Source: Octopus sinensis
Taxonomy: Eukaryota
Assembly: GCF_006345805.1 (NCBI RefSeq)
Contig: NW_021833258.1
Span: 1 to 64,000, forward strand
Direction of reading: 5' to 3'
DNA: 64,000 nucleotides
Numbering within the stretch: the stretch's first letter is position 1; each line of letters begins with the position of its first letter. Positions 49,740 to 61,039 of the stretch are shown in pieces. A program made the position numbers and the translations under genes. The notes beneath the pieces were generated by a model that was given only the letters and a program-made list of their open reading frames with translations, ran no database searches and was not told the origin of the DNA.

Positions 49740-50110
49740 GTGCGTCTGCTTTCAATCGATTCCCCCTTCGATCCCGAGCCAATGTCTTCGACGGGGACAC
49801 TTATCCATTTTACAGGCAGGCCACTTTTGTGGTTGTTCACGAGTCCGATTGGAATGAAGCTTCTATGGTCTCACTCGGGGAAGCTTCCTCCGTCGTTGCA
49901 ACCCGTGTTATTTGACGATCTTCGGGTAAGTACATACCAAACATATATTCTGTACGCATGCTCTTCAATGTTTTCCGAATGACCACATACTGGATATAAG
50001 CTCTTCTTAAGTAGTCACTTTTTAGCATTCGACCACACCTCTTCGCTAAGTGATCAACTGTCTTTTGGCTGAGATACAATGACTGCACAATGCTTGTCAA
50101 AAATAGGTCG
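49740..50110 (-). mobile_element. RLE retrotransposon fragment with internal deletion
   Basis: KTVDHLAKRCGRMLKSDYLRR is fused directly to AYIQYVVIRKTLKSMR. Confidence 0.75.
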
Positions 50111-50183
50111 ATTCTCGAGTAATTATTTCCATGAGATAACGACTTAGAGGATTCATCAAAATCAACGTTGGGATCATTTAAAC

Positions 50184-50690
50184 CAGTTATTCTCAACCGT
50201 GGTGCATGTGCACCATTTTTGGTACATGGAAAATACTCGAAGGGTGCATTGAAAAAAAATTGGTACATGGTATTATTTTTCTAATATTTTTTTATTATCA
50301 GTAATTAGTACATTACAATAGTTAACCATTATCATTTGATACCTACTCGTGTCAATCACATGTCTGGTGGTAATTCATGTACGCCTCGGATTTATCGTAA
50401 AGAATATCTGAAATATGGATTTATTCCTTCCAGTGGAAACAAATTTAGGCCTTTTTGCAAAATCTGAAAATCTAGGCCATTTTTTCATAATTTTGAATAA
50501 TCTAGGGCTTTTTGCATAAATTTTTTTTGGCCATCTAATTAATTTGGAAAAGGAAATGACAATCAGATTTAAAGACGTGATTAATATGGAAATACCAAGA
50601 GGGATGATAAATCCTTTTTTGACTAGCACTGAAGAGGTGCAAATGGATTTGCAAGATGAATTTATTGGTTTTTTTATCATATTATTTTTT
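50184..50690 (+). mobile_element. One-ended Buster-type hAT fragment
   Basis: TIR-like CAGTTATTCTCAACC. RIYRKEYLKYGFIP N-terminal motif. On the opposite strand, INPF..EEVQMDLQDEFI. Confidence 0.5.
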
Positions 50691-51384
50691 TATAGAAATT
50701 AAATATAATTATTCTCACAAGATTATATCCATTTACATTTTGACCTCTCCGATTACGTGATGGTTCAGGGTTAGCTTAAATCTTTATTTCATAATAAGAT
50801 TCTTCACAAAATTTACAATCCAGTGAGGGAGTCCAGAATTTTCGAGGACCTGATACAGAAAGTCGTGATCGACCAAATCAAATGCTTTCTTCACATCATT
50901 CCGAGTAGAAAACAAATTATTTCCGTTTTGTTTTTGAATGCACTAATTAATTATTGCCTGCTCCTTAGCACCCTGGCACAGTCGTTGAGTTCGTAGCTGA
51001 TTATCGGCAATCAAGCTATATGCTTCAATATAATCTCCCAACATTTTGGTTACACATTTCGTAGCGGGCTTATATAAGTTAGGCATACATGGAAACACAA
51101 AAACATTATTTCCAATCTTTGTTGATTTTCTATAGATATATGTGCTTACAAATAAAGATATGCACCTAGGACAAATCTAACAAAGTTTCTAGTTTATATA
51201 TAAATCAATTTTAAAAATTAACCAGAAACATCAAGAGGGACTGTTAGAAACATATTTAATTCCACTGTCAATGAAACTGTATAAATACGACCCCCAACCA
51301 TCAACACTCTCGTCTAACTTTCCTCCTAAAAATCAAAAAAAATTTGAGAAATTGATAACCCTAATGGAATAACAAAGATAGTAC

Positions 51385-51900
51385 ATGGGGACGGAAAAAA
51401 ACCTGACGGGATCACTGTGTTTCCCTTCAACAGGGGAAGCCTCTTACCTGGAATGCCACGTGTGTGGACTTTTTCTCGCCTCGGAACCTGCTGACGGCAA
51501 GTGCCTCGTCTGGGATGCTACGTGCATCGATTCTTTCTCTCCATCGGCAATCATGTCATCTGCCACTTCCCCCGGGTCCGCTGCGGAAAAGGCTGAGACG
51601 GCCAAAATTAAAAAATACCAAGAACTTGGACGCCGTTTGATATTCGTACCAATCGCTTTGGAGACATCGGGCGTTGCAGGGCCTATAACTTTGGCCTTCA
51701 TCAGCGACATCGGGAGGAAATTGGCCCACAGGACGAAAGAGCCACGCGAGGTTTCGTGGCTATTGCAGCGGATATCCATCGCCATTCTCCGTAGCAACAC
51801 GCATGCGGTACTTTCCGAGGAGGGTGCGTGCTTTAGCCCCCCGGAATTTCCCCTCTGTACATTCCTAACTTAATTTGTTTTCTCTGAAATTAAAAACACA
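51385..51900 (+). mobile_element. 5'-truncated CRE-type RLE retrotransposon
   Basis: DGK.PDG..LVWDATCIDS..AETAKIKKY..IALETSG..WLLQRISIAILRSN. Confidence 0.88.
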
Positions 51901-52114
51901 TTTTCTACAATAATAAACTAACAATTATTTTTTGATATGACTTTTGATTACCCTACTAATTTAATAAATCTAGTTAACATCGAAGCTATTGTGTTAAAGT
52001 GTTAAAGTCTAAGCTATGTCTTACAATAACGAAAATCAAAAAGCACAAGAAAATGATTCAGGTTGTATTTAATCACTATTTTTTATTTAGAATGGAACTT
52101 AAATACTTATTCTA

Positions 52115-52520
52115 TACTAGCTCGGCAGCTCGCTTCGCTCACCGCGACCTAGCTCCTGCGGAGGGCCTGTTTCATCAAACAACTATAAGTTTATGTAGAT
52201 GTATAAAACTACTACCTTTAATGACTGTCCCTGGGTTTTGTTTATTGTCATTGCAAAACTCATCCTCAAAGGAAATTGCAGCCTTTTAAATCTAAATGGT
52301 AATTCATCAAAAATTATCGGAATTCGTGGAATATAAACATCCTCACCTCTATACTTACCTGTTAATATCGTCGCCACTACTATTAGCCATCAATTTTTGA
52401 TAACTAACCTCGTTCCGTTGCATAATTTAGGTGGCGCAAGATTTCGTAATAAAACCACTGGAACGCCTATCTTTAACTTTAAAAGATGATTCGGCATTCG
52501 AGAGGGATCTAAGGAGTTTA
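52115..52520 (-). mobile_element. Helitron 3' end with Pif1 helicase fragment
   Basis: The reverse complement of 52115-52170 matches the 3' hairpin-CTAG end at 47235-47287. Translation [44 protein letters not shown]. Confidence 0.88.
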
Positions 52521-52904
52521 AAAATTCAATCCGGTTGAATTTTTAGAAAATAACAAAAAAAATAAAAAAAACAAATAAAAATAAATAATTTAAAAACAAA
52601 AAAATAAAAAAAAACAAAAAAAAACTTTAAAAATTTGTGTAATAGTATAAACAAAAAAAATCTCTGCCGCCACGGCAACAACCTGTCTAATTTTTTTAAC
52701 AGCCAATTAAGATAATGCTTAAGAGCCTTTATAGTCCGAAGATTTAGCTTAGTGACCTTGATTAGACAAACCACTGGCGGAAATGGGGCACCTGGAGATG
52801 GGGCAGGCAGAGATGCGGCAGGCAGAGTAGCAGCAGCCAAAAAAGCGACACACAATAAAGATTAAATTAATTACCTTAAGCTGACCGTTTTTTCTTCAGC
52901 TTCG

Positions 52905-53130
52905 TTTTTCCTCCTTCGTTTATCTATTTAAAAAATTATTTTTGAATAATAAAAAATATTAGGAAAAAAGAGGCATACAGAAAATAAATTCTATCTTTAC
53001 GAAAAACTTCTTTTCTTAAGGTCGTCTTCCCTCCTTCGGTTATCTATTGAAAAAATTATTTTTGAATAATAAAAAAGTTTAGGAAAAGAAGCATACCGAA
53101 AATAAATTCCATCTTTACGAAAAACTTAAC
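52905..53130. repeat. Two ~120-bp direct repeats
   Basis: CTCCTTCG(T/G)TTATCTATT..AAAAATTATTTTTGAATAATAAAAAA..AGGAAAA..GCATAC.GAAAATAAATTC.ATCTTTACGAAAAACTT occurs twice. Confidence 0.8.
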
Positions 53131-53389
53131 TAAATATTTAATATTTTTACGCAAATTCTTCTGATTGCGCTGTCAATTGGTGGTAAATTGTGTTAATGAT
53201 TGTGGAAAAAAAGTTTTGCACGTTGTTGCTGTTGTTGTTCATTTCATTTTCTCTTTCAATTTTCTTTTTCATTCTTTGTTTTCTTTCTCTTTTCACTTTT
53301 TTTCAATCTTTTTTCGTTCTATCTAACCCACTCTTTTTCATCTCATTCTTTCTTTCCTATCTCATCTTACTTTATATCTCTCTATCCCC

Positions 53390-53563
53390 ATGTCATTTTG
53401 TTTTTTTTGTAAATCTGTTAATTCTCGCAAAACTGGTCGTTCCTGCGCCTCTTGCAATCAGTTTTTCCACCTCTCGTGTGTTAAACTCACTAAACGTGAT
53501 TCGGCGTCAATCCTTTCTTGGAAGTGCCCCTCATGCCTCCCACACACGTGGATCCCTAACTAA
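53390..53563 (+). CDS. PHD finger (C4HC3) at the start of the CRE-type ORF; 57 aa before a frameshift
   Basis: MSFCFFCKSVNSRKTGRSCASCNQFFHLSCVKLTKRDSASILSWKCPSCLPHTWIPN*: C-x2-C-x11-C-x2-C-x4-H-x2-C-x13-W-x-C-x2-C. Confidence 0.8.
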   Translation: MSFCFFCKSVNSRKTGRSCASCNQFFHLSCVKLTKRDSASILSWKCPSCLPHTWIPN

Positions 53564-54910
53564 GCCTTCTCCCCTCCCGGCGCCCATCCCGCCTGACAAG
53601 TTTCTGTCGCTTCTTTCCGAATCCCGAAGCCTCCGCGTAATCCCTGCAAGAATTCCCAAATCTGCGCGAATCTGCGTTGCTGATACGCTATCCGACATAA
53701 TCGATCAGTCCCTTAAAAGCAATCTTCCAGAACTTGGTGCAAACTATTTTCGTTTCCTTCTGTTTGTCTGGGAGCTGCCCCTCGTAAAACGGAGTCAGTA
53801 AATAGGACATCGGCCGCTCAGCAGATTAAAGACCGCTGCAGTTCGTTGATAAAGGCACCCTTCGACTTATCATGGATCACGCCAGATCGCCCCTCGACCG
53901 CGAAATCTCGCGGGCCTCTTAAACAAGACGAAGGGGTACGCTTAGCCCGGTCAGTTAACAGCAAACTAATGCAGGGAGATGTCTCTGCTGCTGTTCGCCT
54001 TATTTCATCCACGGCATCCATTGCCCCGCATACTGATTCTGTTCTGAATTCACTCCAGTTGAAACATCCTCCCCCTCCACCTGATATCCGTGAACCCCCT
54101 CACATAGCCAAAACCGAACGAATTGTTTCCTCCAGTGACGTGTTAGCCTGCCTTGGATCATTTCCACCGAGCAGTAGCGGGGGAGTAGATGGCCTAAAGC
54201 CGATACACCTAAAGGATCTTGTCGCGCCCATGACAGGGGAATCTGGTGCACGCCTCCTGTCCTCGATTGCATCCTTGTGCAGCAGAATTGTCTCTGGAAA
54301 TATCCCATCTTTTGCACGCGATTTATGTTCTCGGCCAAACTGACGGCACTTAATAAATTGATGGGGCATCAGACCCATCGCTGTGGGAAACACATTCAGG
54401 AGGCTCTCTGCAAAAATTATCCTCACTGTTATCCTCCTGATTTGAGCTCTCAGCTGCTGCCACATCAGTTCGGTGTCGGTGTTCGCGGTGCTTGTGAGGC
54501 TTCTGCCCATGGGGTGAGGGAGTTGATCATCAATGGCAATCCAAAAATCCCATATCTTGTTAAGCTGGACGTGCGCAACGCTTTTAACAGTGTTCGCAGA
54601 GACCACATCCTGTAAGTTGTGCACACCCGCTGCCCGGCACTCTACCCAATTGTCCATCTATCTTATGCGCGTTCCTCGAATCTCCTTTTTGGGAAAAATC
54701 TGCTGTCTTCAGCGTCTGGGGTTCAGCAAGGGGACCCATTGGGACCTCTCCTATTTGCCCTCGCAGTGGACCATATTGCTCAAAGGCTTTTGTGCCCGTT
54801 AAATTTCTGGTATCTCGACGATGTCACCTTAGGTGGCTCGCTTGAAAATATTCATAACGACGTTGCTGATATTATTTCGGGTTTTAGCCAAATTGGCTTA
54901 TCCCTTAATG

Positions 54911-57053
54911 CAGTGGTTCTCAAACTTTTTTTCCTTGCGTACCCCTTGCCATCTAAATAATTTTTCGCGTACCCCTTATCGATTTTTAAAAATTAAGGAA
55001 AAAAAATATTTAATTAATGAGATGGATGGTGTTGTTTATCAATCACTAATCTATCGATTTCTGGATCCTTTGACGAAAGACACACCCGAATATCATGAAC
55101 AACATTCAGCCTCGCACGATGAACTGATTTAATTAAACAACGATGAAACCTTGTTCGCAGAGATATGTAGTCGGAAACAAAAGCAAAAAATCGATTATAT
55201 AAAATCCAATATTGTGATATTTTGATGTCATTTTACACCAAAATTCAATTAATGGTGCAGATTCAAATAAGATTTTTGACTCGTAAGAATTTATTAATTC
55301 AATAACTTCTTCTTGAATATTTGAAGGCAAAACATTAACTTTTACGGAAAAAGGATTGACAAAAAACTTAAGATCTACTTCATTAATTTCAGGTATATAT
55401 TTTTCAATTTCATTCTTCAATCCAAGTAAATGGAAGTTATTTGATGTTTTAAATTTTCTATTTCATTTAATTTTAGATGGAAAATGTTTTCATTCAACTT
55501 ATCAAACATAGTAAAATTAGAATTTGTTGTATTATCTATCCACAGTTGGAGCTTCATACGAAAAGACCTACAATATTGCATTATTTCGTAAAAAACCTTG
55601 TTTTTTCTAAAAAGTCAACAATGGTAACTCCCTTAGTTTGTACCGATAAATTCAAAGCATTAATTCGCGAAAAAATGTCCGTTAAATAAGATAGCATTAC
55701 ACCCCAATACATATTGATAACTTTGATAAATATAATTTTTATTTTCGCGAAAAAAATATTCATAAATTTCATTCTTCAAACTGTGCACTCTGGAAAGAAA
55801 TTTCCTTTGGATAACCATCGAACTTCTGTGTGATATAGTAAAACCTTCTCATCTGAACCAAATTCTTCACAAATTGAATAAAAATTCGCGAATTTAAAGG
55901 ACTTTTTTTGATATGATTGACAATTTTAATAACATCGTCAAGAACATTTTTAAGTTCAAGAGGCATTGTCTTCACAGCAAGAACATAACGATGCAACATA
56001 CAGTGAAGATGTTTTACATTTGGATTGACAGATTGTACTCTACCTCGGAAACCAGAGTTACATCCAAGCATAGCTGGTGCTCCATCTGTGGTGCATGCAC
56101 TAAGATTTTGCCACAATAGGCCTATCATAAGTAAAAAATCAAAAATGTACCTTCTGTTTCAAAAAAACAATTAACTGCATCGAAAATATCAGAACCTTTG
56201 TGTTTAAAGGTAAGGAATAGTTGAACAAAAATTCTTCCTTAATATTTTCCATATAAAATATCGCACATAAACGAGTAACTGAGAGCAATTTGCTACATCT
56301 GTTGATTCATCCAATTGAATTGAAAATTTTTTAAAGGCAGCACTTTTTATTTCAGTAATGACCTAATAATAATTAACCAGAAAATAACTTGTTCTTTTAT
56401 GTTTTCGGATAGATCTCGTATTCTTCTATTGACGGTATCATTTGAACATGGAATTTTTCGAACAATATGCTCCAATTTATTGCCAGGGAAACATTCAAAC
56501 ATGTCCTTAATGCGTATAATAAGATTCTCGGCAATTGTATGTGGTTTTTTTTGGCTTTTGCGATCCGATATGAAATCATGTAAGAGAGTTTTGATAGTAA
56601 AAAATAATGTCAAAATTGAAAGAATCGTCTATTTTCCGAATATTATCTTTTTTTTCTTAAAAAATCATTTGGTTTTCCGATAGTTTCGAAATGATTAGAA
56701 ACTTGATGCCGAGAAAGTAATGAAGGTTTCATGGATTCAGGGCAAAGAATCTTTTGGCAAATAATACACTGCGGATGTGGCACACCGTTTTTAATCACAA
56801 AATAAAATCCATAGTTGAGATAACTATCGTTGTATTTTCGAATCTTGTTAACAGGTAAACTCAGAAAACTAGTAGCGTGGAGATTTATTTTATTATTATT
56901 ATTTAATTTAATTATGATTTTTATTATAATTAGAATTAATAACTTTTTTATGTTGAAACGAAAATTAAATAGATTTTCAAAAAATTTTCGCGTACCCCCT
57001 ACAGAATTTCGCGTACCCCTAGGGGTACGCGTACCCCAGTTTGAGAACCACTG
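54911..57053 (-). mobile_element. Buster/ZBED-like hAT with at least two micro-introns, frameshifted
   Basis: TIR CAGTGGTTCTCAAAC, perfect TSD CCTTAATG. Introns 56363-56388 and 56122-56150 restore IKEQ-VITEIKS..LDESTD and FETE-G-LLWQNLSACTTDGAP. Confidence 0.93.
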
Positions 57054-58058
57054 CCTTAATGGCTCCAAGTCGGAATTTACCCTGCTTTTCTCGATCATTC
57101 TTTATTTTATCCTGCTTTCACGTCCCTGTCCAGAAAGTTGTCGGTCTCTCTGCGACAGACCCGGACGATCTGGTCATCCTTGGTTCACCAATCTCTGGTC
57201 GAGGTATTTCCGCCGCCATTGACGTAAAAAACGCAGCTGGTCAAACACTGGAGCGTATCTCCCAACTGGCGCACATGTCGGGCTATTCCTTATAAGAATT
57301 ACCTATTCATCCCCCGCCTAACCTACCTATTCCGCTCGTCTCCATGCTTTCGGGAACCAGACCTCTTGTCCGACCTGGACTCCGTAATCTGGAAGTCAGT
57401 TGGGAAGCTTCTTAATGTTGACTTTGGCGGGGACCTACTTACCCGCGCAATGTTACCCCTCCGTTTCGGAGGCATCGGTATCCGCTCGTGCAAAGACATT
57501 TCTATCCCATGCTACCTATCTTCGCTCTCGGCATCAAGAAATTTTGTCAGTTCTGTTCTTTTTCGCTCCCCTGAACGTTTTGAACTAGCTGAATTTTCTT
57601 CTGCCCTCGCTGCCTGGACCGCCTCAGGTCTTTCCTTCCCCGTGGAGGATCACTTGCTGAGGAGTTGGGACTCCATCCGCTGCAAAGAAGTGGTAAAGTC
57701 CCTTAAAGGAAGCGCCGATCAAGTTAAACTCGCCTCGTTGAATGCAGCCTGTCACCCGCATTCTGGAGACTGGTTGAAAGCCATCCCTCTGTCCACCGCT
57801 GGCCTCCTCTTGGATGATGAATCGACTCGAATCGGGACCTGTCTTCGTCTGGGAATTCCCCTCTGCCACCCTCACCGGTGCAAGTGCGGCCACATGATGC
57901 CCCGATGGTCTCCACCCCCTTTCGTGCCGCTTAAGCACCGGGCGTATCCCGAGACACGCTGGCCTGAACCACGTCGTCAAACAGGCCCTCAATGCCGCAG
58001 GCTTCCCTTCTGTTCTGGAGCCTGCCGCCTCGACCGTCGCGACGGCAAGCGTCCAGAC

Positions 58059-60368
58059 CAGTGGTTCTTAACCTTTTTTAAGTCAGCGCCCCCTTTGACA
58101 CAATTCGAAGCTTCAAAATTTCAGCGCCCCCCTATTATTTAATTTATTTTTTTCAATTATAGATTTATTGGCAATTTTTTCGCCAATTGTTTCATTTTAA
58201 TATTTTCGAATATTACTTATTATTTTTTTAGAATTAAAAAGGGTATTCACAAACCAAACTTTTTTATATAAAAAAATTTTAGTGACTGCCTTGTGCTTGA
58301 TGGGAATTTGTCAATCGTTTTATGTCAGCTTCAATAGTCGACAGACTTAGTCTCAAATCTCCTCTATTCACAATTTGTAATTTATTTCTTTTTTTGGTCA
58401 AAATATTAGAGACTGCACTAAATCCTCTTTCAACTAGATATGTTGAAGGAAATGCTATTATAAGTGTTTCAATTTCATTCCACAATAAAGGATATTTTTT
58501 TCTATGAGTAACCCAGAATTGTTGATATCCATATTTGTTGAAAATGACTTTAGCTTCAAAGTCATATTTCAGATTTAATAAATTTTCTGTTATTTCTTGA
58601 GATAAATTAACGTTTTCAGTTTCAAATGGATTTATATACCAATCAAAAAATTTTAAATTTTCTAAATCTTCAAAGCGGATTTTCATGTCATCTTTAACAT
58701 TTTTAGATGCAAGCAAAAGCATTCACAGTCAGAATCCGTTAATTTTTCGACCTAATAAATATTATTACAAAAAATAACCCCAATTTTTGTAGATTTGGAA
58801 AATTAATAAAAATCTTTTTCTTAATATTGTTTTCATAAAGTTGTAATTTTTCAATAAAAGGCATAATAATTCCTTTTACATTTATTAAATTGATATTGTT
58901 TCCTTGCAAGCTAATATTTACTTGGTTGATTTTATAAAAAATATCAGCTAGATAAGCTATATCAGCTTTCAATAAAATCAACTTACTAAAATGATTAAGG
59001 AATAATTACCTAAAAATTCTCTGCTCATGTAACTGACAAAATTCTAAGATTGAATCATACAATTCAAAAAATCGACACAAACAGTTTCCTTTTGAAAGCC
59101 ATCTAACATGGGTATGCAAAAGAAGTCGTTCATAATGCTCATCGTTTTGTTCACAAATATGTCGAAATATTCTCGAATTCAATGGGTGCATTTTAATACG
59201 ATTTATTGCACATATGACAACATTTAGTGATTCATTCAGCCTCTCACTTAAATTTTTCGCAGCTAAATGCTGTCTGTGAATGACGCAATGGATTGTAAAA
59301 ATATTCGGTACTTTTTCCTTCATATATGCCAAAAACCCACGATGAACTCCAACCATCGCAGGTGCCCCATCTGTTGAACAAGCAAAAATATTGCTAAGGG
59401 GTATTTCATGTTTCAAAAAATATTGTTCAACAGTTTTGAAAATTGTTAATCCTCTTGTATCGAGTTCAAGGTGTTCAGAAAATAAAAATTCTTCTTGAAT
59501 TACATCATTTTGATTAATATAACGTACGTAAACTAATAAAAGTGCAACACTATCGTTGAATGTCGATTCATCAATCTGAATTGAAAATTTTGTTGTTCTT
59601 AAAAATGCACATAGGGTTTCTTCGATATCAAATGCCATTTCATCAATTCTGGAAGAAACAGAACTATTACTCAAAGGAATTGATGAAATTATTTGTTCAG
59701 AATCACAATCAACCATTGAATTTAACACTTCTTTGATAGCTGGTAATATTAATGACTCTCCAATAGTATGAGGTTTTCCTGATTTCGCTATCAATTGCGA
59801 TATTTTGTATGATGCTAATAGGCCTTTTTCAAGCATCTTCGAATTTTTTTGTAAATAGTTGATTAATCATAAGACGATTTTCATAATTATATTTCAGATT
59901 AGAAAAATAATTGATATCCGCATCAAGTTTGTCAGGATGACAAATCTTAAGATGATTTAGCATTCTTGAAGGCTTCATTCCTTCATTTGTAAAGACCTTT
60001 TTACACATAAGACACATTGGAAGTGAATTGTTATGGTCGTAGGGTATCACTCCAAACTTTAGGTATTCATCCGAATATATACGTCGTTTTACTTTTATCA
60101 GACATCTATAAAATATAATTAAAATATTTATTAAAAAGTTCTAAAATATTAAATACAATTAACAAATATTTATAAATATTATCAGTGAATAATTTTTTAC
60201 GTACACACACAGACAATTTGAATTTAGAATTAATAGAAAAGCACGTGATAATGATTTACAAAAACTAATAAAATATTTATAATAATTAAAAAAATTAAAA
60301 TTCCAGCGCCCCCCTAATATGTTCCAGCGCCCCCAGGGGGGCGCCAGCGCCCCCGTTAAGAATCACTG
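58059..60368 (-). mobile_element. Buster/ZBED-like hAT with two micro-introns
   Basis: TIRs CAGTGGTTCTTAAC / CAGTGATTCTTAAC, perfect TSD GTCCAGAC. Intron 58986-59009 and probable intron 58752-58778. IDEST, TDGAP, HCVIH, RWLSKG, STYLVERGFS all present. The remaining breaks are 1-nt indels in homopolymer runs. Confidence 0.93.
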
Positions 60369-61039
60369 GTCCAGACGGAATGACGGTCTTTCCATTCTCG
60401 GAGGGGAAATGTCTCGTTTGGGACGTTACCTGCGCGGACACCTTTGCCCCCGGGACCGTTGCTCAGTCTGCGTCCTCCCCCGGCTTCGCTTCCCGTCGGG
60501 GTGAGGAGACGAAGCGGAAGAAATACGTCTCTCTCTCACCAAATTACCACTTTGTCCCGATTGCTGTGGAGACAAGTGGGGTGATAGGGACGGGCGGAGT
60601 ATCGCTTCTGTCCGAAATTGGGAAGCGCATCAACAAGGGCACGAAGGACCACCGCGAAATCAGCTGGCTGTACCAGAGGATATCGATCGCAATCTTGCAA
60701 GGTAACTCGCTTGCAATCCGAGGTGCAGCCACTGCTGACTCTTAATTAGCTATTTTGGTTAAGTTTTTTTTTTCGATTGACTATCAAAGTGTTTTTCAAA
60801 ATCTGTTAATTGCACTCTATTCAAAGTCGTGCAATCTGTAATTGCACATTCTGTCAAAGTCAAATATGATAATCGCTTTAATTTTGATTCATGGTCGATA
60901 ATGATATATGCATTTAATTTTAAAGAGAAAATCATAGGATGAATTGAATTTCTTTATCGCGAATAATTGGGAGTTCATCATTGTTAATATTCTCTCTGTC
61001 GTTTTCATCAAGGATATTCTTGACGTAAATTTTACCTGG

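Larger units (their letters stand above)
53160..60770 (+). mobile_element. Near full-length CRE-type RLE retrotransposon (PHD - RT - CCHC - RLE), split by two hAT insertions
   Basis: Removing both hATs rejoins GLSLN|GSKSEF and DGKRPD|GMTVFPF. Motifs RIPKSAR, GGVDGL, RPIAVG, LDVRNAFN, GVQQGDPLGPLLF, YLDD, PLRFGGIGI, GDWLKAIP, CKCG, WDVTC, KRKKY, QRISIAILQGN. Stop at 60745. About 960 codons with several 1-nt indels. 5' boundary and TSD not determined. Confidence 0.88.

Noticed and set aside
53190-53412. Hydrophobic F/L/S-rich ORF starts suggesting a membrane protein (also 14243..14713, 37899..38100, 42575..42946, 52526..52855)
   Set aside because: Low-complexity T-rich DNA or the antisense of TE sequence; no conserved motifs.
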